In this document: positions 13,101 through 26,801 of the stretch, in pieces
How positions within the stretch are numbered: position 1 is the stretch's first letter
Layout: every line of letters starts with the position of its first letter
Assembly: GCA_964016885.1 (NCBI GenBank)
Contig: OZ024766.1
Coordinates: 14,260,001 to 14,324,000, forward strand
Direction of reading: 5' to 3'
DNA: 64,000 nt
DNA from: Eledone cirrhosa
Lineage: Eukaryota
The notes under the pieces: model-generated
Seen by the model: the letters and a program-made list of their open reading frames with translations, nothing else
The model's database searches: none
Told to the model about the DNA's origin: nothing
Position numbers and translations under genes: made by a program

Positions 13101-14144
13101 CATTCTTCTCGCTTAAGACAGACTTTAGACTTAACATAACACTGTGATGGACTGGTGTCCTGTCCAGGGGGAAGTCTTGTACTCTCAGTCACTTCACACC
13201 ATGAAACCAGGATAACTACCGGCCTAACATCCTTCTGGTTTAAGACAGACTTTAGACTTAACATAACCCTGTGATGGACTGGTGTCCTGTCCAGGGGGAA
13301 GTCTTGTACTCTCAGTCACTTCACACAATGAAACCAGGATAACTACCGGCCTAACATCCTTCTGGTTTAAGACAGACTTTAGACTTAACATAACCCTGTG
13401 ATGGACTGGTGTCCTGTCCAGGGGGAAGTCTTGTACTCTCAGTCACTTCACACCATGAAACCAGGATAAGTACCGGCCTAACATCCTTCTGGCTTAAGAC
13501 AGACTTTAGACTTAACATAACCCTGTGATGGACTGGTGTCCTGTCCAGGAGGAAGTCTTGTACTCTCAGTCACTTCACACCATGAAACCAGGATAACTAC
13601 CGGCCTAACATCCTTCTGGTTTAAGACAGACTTTAGACTTAACATTACCCTGTGATGGACTGGTGTCCTGTCCAGGGGGAAGTCTTGTACTCTCAGTCAC
13701 TTCACACCATGAAACCAGGATAACTACCGGCCTAACATCCTTCTGGTTTAAGACAGACTTTAGACTTAACATAACCCTGTGATGGACTGGTGTCCTGTCC
13801 AGGGGGAAGTCTTGTACTCTCAGTCACTTCACACCATGAAACCAGGATACGTACTGGCCTAACATTCTTCTCGCTTAAGACAGACTTTAGACTTAACATA
13901 ACACTGTGATGGACTGGTGTCCTGTCCAGGGGGAAGTCTTGTACTCTCAGTCACTTCACACCATGAAACCAGGATAACTACCGGCCTAACATCCTTCTGG
14001 TTTAAGACAGACTTTAGACTTAACATAACCCTGTGATGGACTGGTGTCCTGTCCAGGGGGAAGTCTTGTACTCTCAGTCACTTCACACAATGAAACCAGG
14101 ATAACTACCGGCCTAACATCCTTCTGGTTTAAGACAGACTTTAG
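7167..14144 (+). repeat. 127-bp satellite, ~55 near-identical copies, derived from a SINE 3' half
   Basis: ACCCTGTGA anchors at 7168, 7295, 7422 (period 127). The unit aligns by eye with 32627-32738 of the intact SINE. Confidence 0.97.
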
Positions 14145-14429
14145 CCGTTTAGATAATTTACGTAGAAAGCAACGGTCAGCAAAATTACAGCAAAGAAACC
14201 CAAAACATGATAAATAGGGACAGCTTGTGACGAAGCCTTTCAGGTTCTCATAAATTGGAAATGCCATTGAGTACCTCTTACTTTGATCTCTGCCATTCAC
14301 GATCAAGTTCTTTCGGACATTACCCAAGATGTGTGACCCTAGGAAAGGGTTGGCACAAATACTGAACTGAAGGTAGTGAGTATAGTTTCTACACCTATAT
14401 CCCTAGCTATGGTCAACAAATGCAGTAGT

Positions 14430-17400
14430 TTCTGCCCTGGGGTTGATGTATTACTGCACCAGTTACTGCACTGGGGTTGATGTATTACTGCACCAGTTTC
14501 TGCACTGGGGTTGATGTATTACTGCACCAGTTACTGCACTGGGGTTGATGTATTACTGCACCAGTTTCTGCACTGGGGTTGATGTATTACTGCACTGGGG
14601 TTGATGTATTACTGCACCAGTTTCTGCACTGGGGTTGATGTATTACTGCACCAGTTTCTGCACTGGGGTTGATGTATTACTGCACCAGTTACTGCACTGG
14701 GGTTGATGTATTACTGCACTGGGGTTGATGTATTAATGCACCAGTTTCTGCACTGGGGTTGATGTATTAATGCACCAGTTACTGCACTGGGGTTGACGTA
14801 TTACTGCACTGGGGTTGATGTATTAATGCACCAGTTACTGCACTGGGGTTGACGTATTACTGCACTGGGGTTGATGTATTACTGCACCAGTTTCTGCACT
14901 GGGGTTGATGTATTACTGCACTGGGGTTGATGTATTACTGCACCAGTTTCTGCCCTGGAGTTGATGTATTACTGCACTGGGGTTGATGTATTACTGCACT
15001 GGGGTTGATGTATTACTGCACCAGTTTCTGCACTGGGGTTGATGTATTACTGCACTGGGGTTGATGTATTACTGCACCAGTTTCTGCACTGGGGTTGATG
15101 TATTACTGCACCAGTTACTGCACTGGGGTTGATGTATTACTGCACCAGTTTCTGCACTGGGGTTGATGTATTACTGCACCAGTTTCTGCACTGGGGTTGA
15201 TGTATTACTGCACCAGTTACTGCACTGGGGTTGATGTATTACTGCACCAGTTTCTGCACTGGGGTTGATGTATTACTGCACCAGTTTCTGCACTGGGGTT
15301 GATGTATTACTGCACTGGTGTTGATGTATTACTGCACTGGGGTTGATGTATTACTGCACCAGTTTCTGCACTGGGGTTGATGTATTACTGCACTGGGGTT
15401 GATGTATTACTGCACTGGGGTTGATGTATTACTGCACCAGTTTCTGCACTGGGGTTGATGTATTACTGCACCAGTTACTGCACTGGGGTTGATGTATTAC
15501 TGCACCAGTTACTGCACTGGGGTTGATGTATTACTGCACTGGGGTTGATGTATTACTGCACCAGTAACTGCACTGGGGTTGATGTATTACTGCACTGGGG
15601 TTGATGTATTACTGCACTGGGGTTGATGTATTACTGCACCAGTTACTGCACTGGGGTTGATGTATTACTGCACCAGTTACTGCACTGGGGTTGATGTATT
15701 ACTGCACCAGTTACTGCACTGGGGTTGATGTATTACTGCACTGGGGTTGATGTATTACTGCACCAGTTTCTGCACTGGGGTTGATGTATTACTGCACTGG
15801 GGTTGATGTATTACTGCACTGGGGTTGATGTATTACTGCACTGGGGTTGATGTATTACTGCACCAGTTACTGCACTGGGGTTGATGTATTACTGCACCAG
15901 TTACTGCACTGGGGTTGATGTATTACTGCACTGGGGTTGATGTAATACTGCACTGGGGTTGATGTATTACTGCACCAGTTTCTGCACTGGGGTTGATGTA
16001 TTACTGCACCAGTTACTGCACTGGGGTTGATGTATTACTGCACCAGTTTCTGCACTGGGGTTGATGCATTACTGCACCAGTTTCTGCACTGGGGTTGATG
16101 TATTACTGCACTGGGGTTGATGTATTACTGCACCAGTTTCTGCACTGGGGTTGATGTATTACTGCACTGGGGTTGATGTATTACTGCACCAGTTACTGCA
16201 TTGGGGTTGATGTATTACTGCACTGGGGTTGATGTATTACTGCACCAGTTACTGCACTGGGGTTGATGTATTACTGCACCAGTTTCTGCACTGGGGTTGA
16301 TCTATTACTGCACCAGTTTCTGCACTGGGGTTGATGTATTACTGCACCAGTTTCTGCACTGGGGTTGATGTATTACTGCACTGGGGTTGATGTATTACTG
16401 AACCAGTTTCTGCACTGGGTTGATGTATTACTGCACTGGGGTTGATGTATTACTGCACCAGTTACTGCACTGGGGTTGATGTATTACTGCACTGGGGTTG
16501 ATGTATTACTGCACCAGTTTCTGCACTGGGGTTGATGTATTACTGCACCACTTTCTGCACTGGGGTTGATGTATTACTGCACCAGTTACTGCACTGGGGT
16601 TGATGTATTACTGCACCAGTTACTGCACTGGGGTTGATGTATTACTGCACTGGAGTTGATGTATTACTGCACTGGGGTTGATGTATTACTGCACCAGTTT
16701 CTGCACTGGGGTTGATGTATTACTGCACCAGTTTCTGCACTGGGGTTGATGTATTACTGCACTGGGGTTGATGTATTACTGCACTAGTTACTGCACTGGG
16801 GTTGATGAATTACTGCACTGGGGTTGATGTATTACTGCACCAGTTTCTGCACTGGAGTTGATGTATTACTGCACCAGTTTCTGCACTGGGGTTGATGTAT
16901 TACTGCACCAGTTTCTGCACTGGGGTTGATGTATTACTGCACCAGTTTCTGCACTGGGGTTGATGTATTACTGCACTGGGGTTGATGTATTACTGCACCA
17001 GTTTCTGCACTGGGGTTGATGTATTACTGCACCAGTTTCTGCACTGGGGTTGATGTATTACTGCACCAGTTTCTGCACTGGGGTTGATGTATTACTGCAC
17101 CAGTTACTGCACTGGGGTTGATGTATTACTGCACCAGTTACTGCACTGGGGTTGATGTATTAATGCACCAGTTACTGCACTGGGGTTGATGTATTAATGC
17201 ACCAGTTACTGCACTGGGGTTGATGTATTACTGCACCAGTTTCTGCACTGGGGTTGATGTATTACTGCACTGGGGTTGATGTATTACTGCACCAGTTTCT
17301 GCACTGGGGTTGATGTATTACTGCACCAGTTTCTGCACTGGGGTTGATGTATTACTGCACCAGTTTCTGCACTGGGGTTGATGTATTACTGCACCAGTTT

Positions 17401-20400
17401 CTGCACTGGGGTTGATGTATTACTGCACCAGTTTCTGCACTGGGGTTGATGTATTACTGCACTGGGGTTGATGTATTACTGCACCAGTTTCTGCACTGGG
17501 GTTGATGTATTACTGCACCAGTTTCTGCACTGGGGTTGATGTATCACTGCACCAGTTACTGCACTGGGGTTGATGTATTACTGCACCAGTTTCTGCACTG
17601 GGGTTGATGTATTACTGCACTGGGGTTGATGTATTACTGCACCAGTTACTGCACTGGGGTTGATGTATTACTGCACCAGTTACTGCACTGGGGTTGATGT
17701 ATTAATGCACCAGTTACTGCACTGGGGTTGATGTATTACTGCACCAGTTTCTGCACTGGAGTTGATGTATTACTGCACTGGGGTTGATGTATTACTGCAC
17801 CAGTTTCTGCACTGGGGTTGATGTATTACTGCACCAGTTTCTGCACTGGGGTTGATGTATTACTGCACCAGTTTCTGCACTGGGGTTGATGTATTACTGC
17901 ACTGGGGTTGATGTATTACTGCACCAGTTACTGCACTGGGGTTGATGTATTACTGCACCAGTTACTGCACTGGGGTTGATGTATTACTGCACCAGTTACT
18001 GCACTGGGGTTGATGTATTACTGCACCAGTTACTGCACTGGGGTTGATGTATTACTGCACCAGTTTCTGCACTGGGGTTGATGTATTACTGCACCAGTTA
18101 CTGCACTGGGGTTGATGTATTATTGCACCAGTTACTGCACTGGGGTTGATGTATTACTGCACCAGTTACTGCACTGGGGTTGATGTATTACTGCACCAGT
18201 TTCTGCACTGGGGTTGATGTATTACTGCACCAGTTTCTGCACTGGGGTTGATGTATTACTGCACCAGTTACTGCACTGGGGTTGATGTATTACTGCACCA
18301 GTTTCTGCACTGGGCTTGATGTATTACTGCACTGGGGTTGATGTATTACTGCACCAGTTTCTGCACTGGGGTTGATGTATTACTGCACCAGAGTTGATGT
18401 ATTACTGCACCAGTTACTGCACTGGGCTTGATGTATTACTGCACTGGGGTTGATGTATTACTGCACCAGTTTCTGCACTGGGGTTGATGTATTACTGCAC
18501 CAGTTACTGCACTGGGGTTGATGTATTACTGCACCAGTTACTGCACTGGGGTTGATGTATTACTGCACCAGTTTCTGCACTGGGGTTGATGTATTACTGC
18601 ACCAGTTTCTGCCCTGGGGTTGATGTATTACTGCACCAGTTACTGCATTGGGGTTGATGTATTACTGCACCAGTTTCTGCACTGGGGTTGATGTATTATT
18701 GCACCAGTTTCTGCACTGGGGTTGATGTATTAATGCACCAGTTTCTGCACTGGGGTTGATGTATTACTACACCAGTTACTGCACTGGGGTTGATGTATTA
18801 CTGCACTGGGGTTGAATGTATTAATGCACCAGTTTCTGCACTGGGGTTGATGTATTACTGCACCAGTTTCTGCACTGGGGTTGATGTATTACTGCACCAG
18901 TTACTGCACTGGGGTTGATGTATTACTGCACTGGGGTTGATGTATTACTGCACCAGTTACTGCACTGGGGTTGATGTATTACTGTACTGGGGTTGATGTA
19001 TTACTGCACCAGTTACTGCACTGGGGTTGATGTATTACTGCACCAGTTTCTGCCCTGGGGTTGATGTATTACTGCACCAGTTTCTGCACTGGGGTTGATG
19101 TATTACTGCACCAGTTACTGCACTGGGGTTGATGTATTACTGCACCAGTTACTTCACTGGGGTTGATGTATTAATGCACCAGTTTCTGCACTGTGGTTGA
19201 TGTATTACTGCACCAATTACTGCACTGGGGTTGATGTATTACTGCACCAGTTACTGCACTGGGGTTGATGTATTACTGCACTGGGGTTGATGTATTACTG
19301 CACCAGTTTCTGCACTGGGGTTGATGTATTACTGCACCAGTTTCTGCACTGGGGTTGATGTATTACTGCACCAGTTACTGCACTGGGGTTGATGTATTAC
19401 TGCACCAGTTTATGCACTGGGGTTGATGTATTACTGCACCAGTTTCTGCACTGGGGTTGATGTATTACTGCACCAGTTTCTGCACTGGGGTTGATGTATT
19501 ACTGCACCAGTTACTGCACTGGGGTTGATGTATTACTGCACCAGTTTATGCCCTGGGGTTGATGTATTACTGCACTGGGGTTGATGTATTACTGCACCAG
19601 TTTCTGCCCTGGGGTTGATGTATTACTGCACCAGTTTCTGCCCTGGGGTTGATGTATTACTGCACTGGGGTTGATGTATTAATGCACCAGTTACTGCACT
19701 GGGGTTGATGTATTACTGCACTGGGGTTGATGTATTACTTCACCAGTTACTGCACTGGGGTTGATGTATTACTGCACTGGGGTTGATGTATTACTGCACC
19801 AGTTACTGCACTGGGGTTGATGTATTACTTCACCAGTTACTGCACTGGGGTTGATGTATTAATGCACCAGTTTCTGCACTGGGGTTGATGTATTACTGCA
19901 CTAGTTTCTGCACTGGGGTTGATGTATTACTGCACTGGGGTTGATGTATTAATGCACCAGTTTCTGCACTGGGGTTGATGTATTACTGCACTAGTTTCTG
20001 CACTGGGGTTGATGTATTACTGCACTGGGGTTGATGTATTAATGCTCCAGTTTCTGCACTGGGATTGATGTATTACTGCACCAGTTTCTGCACTGGGGTT
20101 GATGTATTACTGCACCAGTTTCTGCACTGGGGTTGATGTATTACTGCACCAGTTTCTGCACTGGGGTTGATGTATTACTGCACCAGTTTCTGCACTGGGG
20201 TTGATGTATTACTGCACCAGTTACTGCACTGGGGTTGATGTATTACTGCACCAGTTACTGCACTGGGGTTGATGTATTACTGCACCAGTTTATGCCCTGG
20301 GGTTGATGTATTACTGCACTGGGGTTGATGTATTACTGCACCAGTTTCTGCACTGGGGTTGATGTATTACTGCACCAGTTTCTGCCCTGGGGTTGATGTA

Positions 20401-21533
20401 TTACTGCACCAGTTTCTGCCCTGGGGTTGATGTATTACTGCACCAGTTTCTGCACTGGGGTTGATGTATTACTGCACCAGTTTCTGCACTGGGGTTGATG
20501 TATTACTGCACCAGTTACTGCACTGGGGTTGATGTATTACTGCACCAGTTACTGCACTGGGGTTGATGTATTACTGCACCAGTTTATGCCCTGGGGTTGA
20601 TGTATTACTGCACTGGGGTTGATGTATTACTGCACCAGTTTCTGCACTGGGGTTGATGTATTACTGCACCAGTTTTTGCCCTGGGGTTGATGTATTACTG
20701 CACCAGTTTCTGCCCTGGGGTTGATGTATTACTGCACTGGGGTTGATGTATTAATGCACTGGGGTTGATGTATTACTTCACCAGTTACTGCACTGGGGTT
20801 GATGTATTACTTCACCAGTTACTGCACTGGGGTTGATGTATTACTGCACTGGGGTTGATGTATTAATGCACCAGTTTCTGCACTGGGCTTGATGTATTAT
20901 TGCACTAGTTTCTGCACTGGGGTTGATGTATTAATGCACCAGTTTCTGCACTGGGGTTGATGTATTAATGCACTAGTTTATGCACTGGGGTTGATGTATT
21001 ACTGCACTGGGGTTGATGTATTAATGCACCAGTTTCTGCACTGGGGTTGATGTATTAATGCACTAGTTTCTGCACTGGGGTTGATGTATTACTGCACTGG
21101 GGTTGATGTATTAATGCTCCAGTTTCTGCACTGGGGTTGATGTATTACTGCACCAGTTTCTGCACTGGGGTTGATGTATTACTGCACTGGGGTTGATGTA
21201 TTAATGCTCCAGTTTCTGCACTGGGGTTGATGTATTACTGCACTAGTTTCTGCACTGGGGTTGATGTATTACTGCACTGGGGTTGATGTATTACTGCACC
21301 AGTTACTGCACTGGGGTTGATGTACTACTGCACCAGTTTCTGCACTGGGGTTGATGTATTACTGCACTGGGGTTGATGTATTACTGCACCAGTTTCTGCA
21401 CTGGGGTTGATGTATTACTGCACTGGGGTTGATGTATTACTGCACTGGGGTTGATGTATTACTGCACCAGTTACTGCACTGGGGTTGATGTATTACTGCA
21501 CTGGGGTTGATGTATTACTGCACCAGTTTCTGC
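14430..21533. repeat. Minisatellite of interleaved 22-bp and 34-bp units
   Basis: CTGCACTGGGGTTGATGTATTA with or without a 12-bp CTGCACCAGTT(T/A) module, over ~7.1 kb. Confidence 0.97.
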
Positions 21534-21542
21534 GATAAGTAA

Positions 21543-22023
21543 CACTGGTCCACACAGCTTTTACAGTTGTTTTAAGCTAATTTAGAGATGCTGAGTTCAA
21601 ATATGTCATCCATTGTTTGCTAACACATCAAGTTCTCATGTTTGACTTATCCGATAAACACAGGAAACATGGCTACCCCTGGTCAACAAAATTATATTAT
21701 TCATACAGTACACAACAACATAGGAATGTGCTATAGAATGACAGACTGGTGTGGGGCGGAGGGGATGCCATATATGACATCAGCACCTCAAAATTAGTTG
21801 AACAACAACAACAAAACCTAAGTTAGCAATACGTGTCATGAGCGGAGTCCTATCTGTTGAAGCTATGGGTGGGGCCAATATCGACCAGCCCAGAGATTTA
21901 AAAAAAAAAACTTGACATGATAGGAAAAAGTATTGTAATTTGTAAACGCAGGGGTCCCTAATTACTCAAGAACACATCTCAAACTTAGGTCAGCAGAAAA
22001 AAGCAACATTTTTTTGACCAGTG
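21543..22023. mobile_element. Non-autonomous DNA transposon, Chapaev3-like
   Basis: Termini CACTGGTC...GACCAGTG flanked by TAA on both sides (21540-42, 22024-26). CAC/GTG ends with a 3-bp TWA duplication fit Chapaev3. Confidence 0.65.
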
Positions 22024-22184
22024 TAATTAATAAACAAATCAGTTAACCCTTTAGCATTTAAACCGGCCGTATCCGGCTAGAATTCTCTCTCCTCTTTCTG
22101 TTCAAATCGACCGTTACTGGCCATTCATACTTATGTTATGGTATTGTTCTCAAAATAAATAATATCAAAATCTCATAGATTCGA

Positions 22185-23112
22185 TATTATGTGAGATATT
22201 ATGTGAGGTAAAGCCTTTACTGTGACAATACAATAGTATATATAGAGTAATGTAAATGTTATGTGAGGTATTATGTGAGGTAAAGCCTTTACTGTGACAA
22301 TACAATAGTATATATAGAGTAATGTAAATGTTATGTGAGATATTATGTGAGGTAGAGCCTTTACTGTGAAAATACAATAGTATATATAGAGTAATGTAAA
22401 TGTTATGTGAGATATTATGTGAGGTAAAGCCTTTACTGTGACAATACAATAGTATATATAGAGTAATGTAAATGTTATGTGAGATATTATGTGAGGTAAA
22501 GCCTTTACTGTGACAATACAATAGTATATATAGAGTAATGTAAATGTTATGTGAGATATTATGTGAGGTAAAGCCTTTACTGTGACAATACAATAGTATA
22601 TATAGAGTAATGTAAATGTTATGTGAGATATTATGTGAGGTAAAGCCTTTACTGTGACAATACAATAGTATATATAGAGTAATGTAAATGTTATGTGAGA
22701 TATTATGTGAGGTAAAGCCTTTACTGTGACAATACAATAGTATATATAGAGTAATGTAAATGCTATGTGAGGTATTATGTGAGGTAAAGCCTTTACTGTG
22801 ACAATACAATAGTATATATAGAGTAATGTAAATGCTATGTGAGGTATTATGTGAGGTAAAACCTTTACTGTGTAAATACAATAGTATATATAGAGTAATG
22901 TAAATGTTATGTGACATATTATGTGAGGTAAAGCCTTTACTGTGACAATACAATAGTATATATAGAGTAATGTAAATGTTATGTGAGATATTATGTGAGG
23001 TAAAGCCTTTACTGTGACAATACAATAGTATATATAGAGTAATGTAAATGTTATGTGAGGTATTATGTGAGGTAAAACCTTTACTGTGACAATACAATAG
23101 TATATATAGAGT
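22185..23112. repeat. 72-bp satellite, left arm (~13 copies)
   Basis: Period 72 (anchors 22201, 22273); gives the 24-aa repeating pseudo-ORF. Confidence 0.96.
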
Positions 23113-23349
23113 GGTTTCTTTATTTGCCACTAGGGCACAAAAGGTAGGGACAGATACAAGGGGGGAAGTTTACATATAATTAACGAGTACAAAAATATAA
23201 CAATGAAATAACAACAACAAACGAAGTCCTCAATAGGGAGGGGGCATTAACATGGGTCGCACACACCCCGGAAAAAATGTGCAACCCTTCTCCTCAGGAG
23301 CACAAAGAGTAGGTGCTTCCCTCGTCTCCTCTTTTTCCTCTTCTTTCAC

Positions 23350-26300
23350 CTACAGGCTGATATAGAGAGAAGACCCATTCACTCTGGCCATTCTCCCTAC
23401 TTTCACCCACCTTTCATAAAACTTGCTGGGGTAGAGCACCTCTCTCTCCATTCTGATCCTTCTTTTAAAATGGTATTTGAAAAAGGGGACCAGTTGTTGG
23501 CCGGAGAGATAGGTGTCTGACCTCAGCCCTTTCAGCCTCGTCCACCATACAACTTCTTTAGCCATGGCTACCACACAGAGAAAAACCGCCTCTCCTTCGT
23601 TTTTGAAAGGGGGAGGCGGTTTGATCGTGACAATAGACTCGGTGGTCAACCGGATTGGTCCCACCCTCGACAGTAGTCGTTCCACATAGCCCCACAGGTC
23701 AGCAATGCCTGGGCAGTGTACGAATGCGTGCGCAACGGTTTCGTCATCATGCACGCATCTCGGACAGATCTTATTCAAAGGATCTCTACCCAGGCTCCCA
23801 TGCCTGTGGAGCTTGTCTCGAATGGGTAGAGCCCCTCGGTAGCACTGCCAAGCCAGGGACTTTTGGAAGTTGTCCATTGGTCCAGGGCCAAACGTCCTAC
23901 CGAACAGACTGGCCAGTTCATCTTCCTCCATGCCTAGAGCTTCTCCAAGAGCATCGTCGCACCTGCTGCGTACCAACCCTCTATAGAATGTTGAGGTGGA
24001 GTCTCCACTGATTGCCGGGTCCGCTTTCCAGAGGGCCGTGAGTGCCTGGGCACATTCAATGTGCCAGTCGCCCACTTTTCTCGGTCTTTGCTTGACCCAG
24101 GATTGCAGCTCGGTGAGCGAGACGAGTCTGGGAAAGGCTCGCCTCACAAACGGGGCCCACACCGGTTGACCGGTGAGGAATACCTGGAGGTGCCGTAGCC
24201 TTAATGCGTGTTTACGCATCTGTAGCCACGGCATCCCCAGCCCTCCTTTCGAAGGGTGTTGACAGCAGATGGATCTCCTCACCAAAGGGGTCCGCTTGTT
24301 CCAAAGAAATTGGAACAGCGCGCACTCCATTTTGGCGAGTCTTTTCACTGGGCAAGGCACGACGGTCAAGCGGTAGTAGATGACGGATGCTATATAAGTA
24401 TTCGCCACCTCCGCTCGACCTTTCAGGGATAGTTTGCACTGGGCCCACTTCTGGGTGAGTGCAAACACCCTGGCCGTTACCTCGTTCCAGTTTTTCTCCA
24501 CCTGGAGGTCTGGTCCGAACCAGACCCCAAGCAGCTTCACCGGGCCCTCCGTCCAGCGTCCGACGACGTCGTTGGAGGGCATCGGTTTGCCTCTCCATGT
24601 TCCGAGTTGCAAACCGACGGACTTGTCCCGGTTCAGCTTGGCTCCCCTAAACCTTCCATATTCCTCCAGTAAGGTGCCGATCTCACCGATTTGCGAGGTT
24701 TTCGACACCATTACTGTCACGTCATCGGCTTAGGCCGACGCCGCTTTCTGCAATCCCGGTTCCAAAGGGATGCCCTGCAACCGCTCCAACTTCCACAGTA
24801 GTGGCTCAAGAGCCAGCACATACAGTAGGGAGGAGAGAGGGCATCCCTGTTGGATGGATCGCATGATTAGGAACGGCTCCGAGAGGTGGCCGTTCACCTT
24901 GACCCTTGAGCAGACGTTGCTGCTGTGCATCGCAGCAATCCAACCCCTGAAAACGGGTCCGAAGCCTGCTGCCGCGAGCACCGCATCCAGGTAACGATGG
25001 TCAACCCTATCGAAAGCTTTAGATTGATCCAAGTTGATCAGGGCCCCACCAAAGCCGGGTTCATTCCCTACCCTCTCTATGATGTACCGCATAAGGGGGA
25101 GACTGTCGTGAATGGACCTGGACGGGATTGCGCATGTCTGCGCTTCTCCCACCAGGTTTCCAACGACAAGCGCCAACCTCTTCGCTAACACCTTGGCCAA
25201 AATCTTTAACTCTGTATTTAGCAGAGTTATGGGCCTGAAGTTACTTATGTCATCCCCCCTTGTTCTCACCCTTCCTCACCAGCGTAACTACGCCCTTGGT
25301 CACAGAACTGGGAATTCTCCCGTTCTGCTGCCAGTTGCAGTAGACCGCTTCGAGGATATCGGAGAACAAGTCCGGCATCGCTACATATAGCTCGTATGGT
25401 AGACCATCGACACCCGGGGATTTGCGTTTGCCGCATTGGCTCAGCGCCGCCCCTATCTCAGCAGCTGAAATCATCCTTTCGTAGGACTTCGCCTCCGCGT
25501 CCGAGAGGCGCGGCAGACCGTCGAGGTATGGATTGAAATCCATAGTCTCACCCGGCGCGCCGCCCCTCTCGAACAGTCGTGCAAAGTGCCGCTGAAAGGC
25601 CGCACACATCTGCCCAGGTTCAAGGATCACACGCCCATCCTGGTCCTTCAAAGACCGAATCGTGGACTTGTTCCCACTTTTTGCCTCTGTCACTCGGGCC
25701 CAGCTCACAGCTTTGGCTCCCTCATTACCCAGAGCACGTATTTTACTCCTGACAACGCAGCCTTCATGCTTCACCTCAAAGAACTGGTCTAAGGCCATTC
25801 TTGATGCCAGCACGCCGGCTACATTGCCACTCCTAATCGCCTCTTCTACTCTATCTACTAATTCCCTTTCCGTCTTGTTCCTATCCCTTGCTAATTCCTG
25901 ACTAAAACCTATCGATTCTATTCTAATTGCTCTCTTAAGAGAGCTCCACCACCTGTTGTTGACAATTGCCCCTGTCAAACTCTGCTTAACTAACGTGCTA
26001 ATCCGTTTACTGTAAGCTTTGCTTCTCGGTAAGGACAAGTTCAGCTTCCAGTAACCGGGTCCCTGTCTATGGGTTCTATCAAGGTTGGCTATGCAGGTCA
26101 CTAACTTGTGATCCGAATAGTCAACCATGAACATTTTTGGACAGCTAAATGTGTCCCTATCCTTCTCTCTAACTAGGACCCTATCTAGGTACGACCTAGA
26201 TGTTCCGCTGCGATTGGTCCACGTCCATAGTGGTACAGTCGGAAAATCTAGTCGATATCTATCGGCCAGGTCAAATCGGCCGATTAACCTTTTGAGGCTT

Positions 26301-26780
26301 TTACACCCCCCTCTATTGGCACATGCCCCTACATAGTCCCAACGTGCATCCAGGATACCATTCCAGTCCCCCACTAAAAGCAAGGAGCGGGACGTTCCAA
26401 GAAAAGTTTCCAGACGTTGGAAGTATTCCGGCCGTGCTGCCCAAAAAGGGGCGTACACAGCTATTAGTCTAAGGGCTCCACTTTCACTACTGCCGACGTC
26501 TAAAACCACAAGTCGACCCTCCGGGTCCAGGTGCACCTTCTGTATGGCGAGGCCCAGGTGTTTTCGCAGCAGAACGACAACTCCACCCCCACCCCCCGGT
26601 TGATGCGAAGATCTCAAAGTCGTCGAAGAGGGGCGCCAGTTGGTGCTCGCTGCTGATCCTGGACTCGCAAATAGCCATTACATCCATTCTATGCGACCTG
26701 AGATCGTTTAAAAGTTTGCCTTGTTTCCAAGACAGTCCCAGGCCGCGTACATTCAGACACCCAACTCTTATATCAGCCAT
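23350..26780 (-). pseudogene. Tx1/L1 ORF2 (APE endonuclease, reverse transcriptase, zf-RVT), disrupted
   Basis: MADIRVGCLNVRGL, GDWN, SYLDRVL, SDHK, KSPGVDGLPYE, FRPITLLN, DQSKAFDRV, QGCPLS, CPRC...ETVAHAFVHC. Frameshifts near 26600 and 25255; YADD tyrosine codon is TAA at 24730-32. Confidence 0.92.
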
Positions 26781-26801
26781 GTTGGTTAAAAGAGGAAGGA
26801 C

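Noticed and set aside
8269-14327. Short ORFs in the 127-bp satellite
   Set aside because: Chance read-through of variant units.
7167-21533. CRISPR-like array
   Set aside because: Units are contiguous with no unique spacers, the context is eukaryotic, and there are no cas genes.
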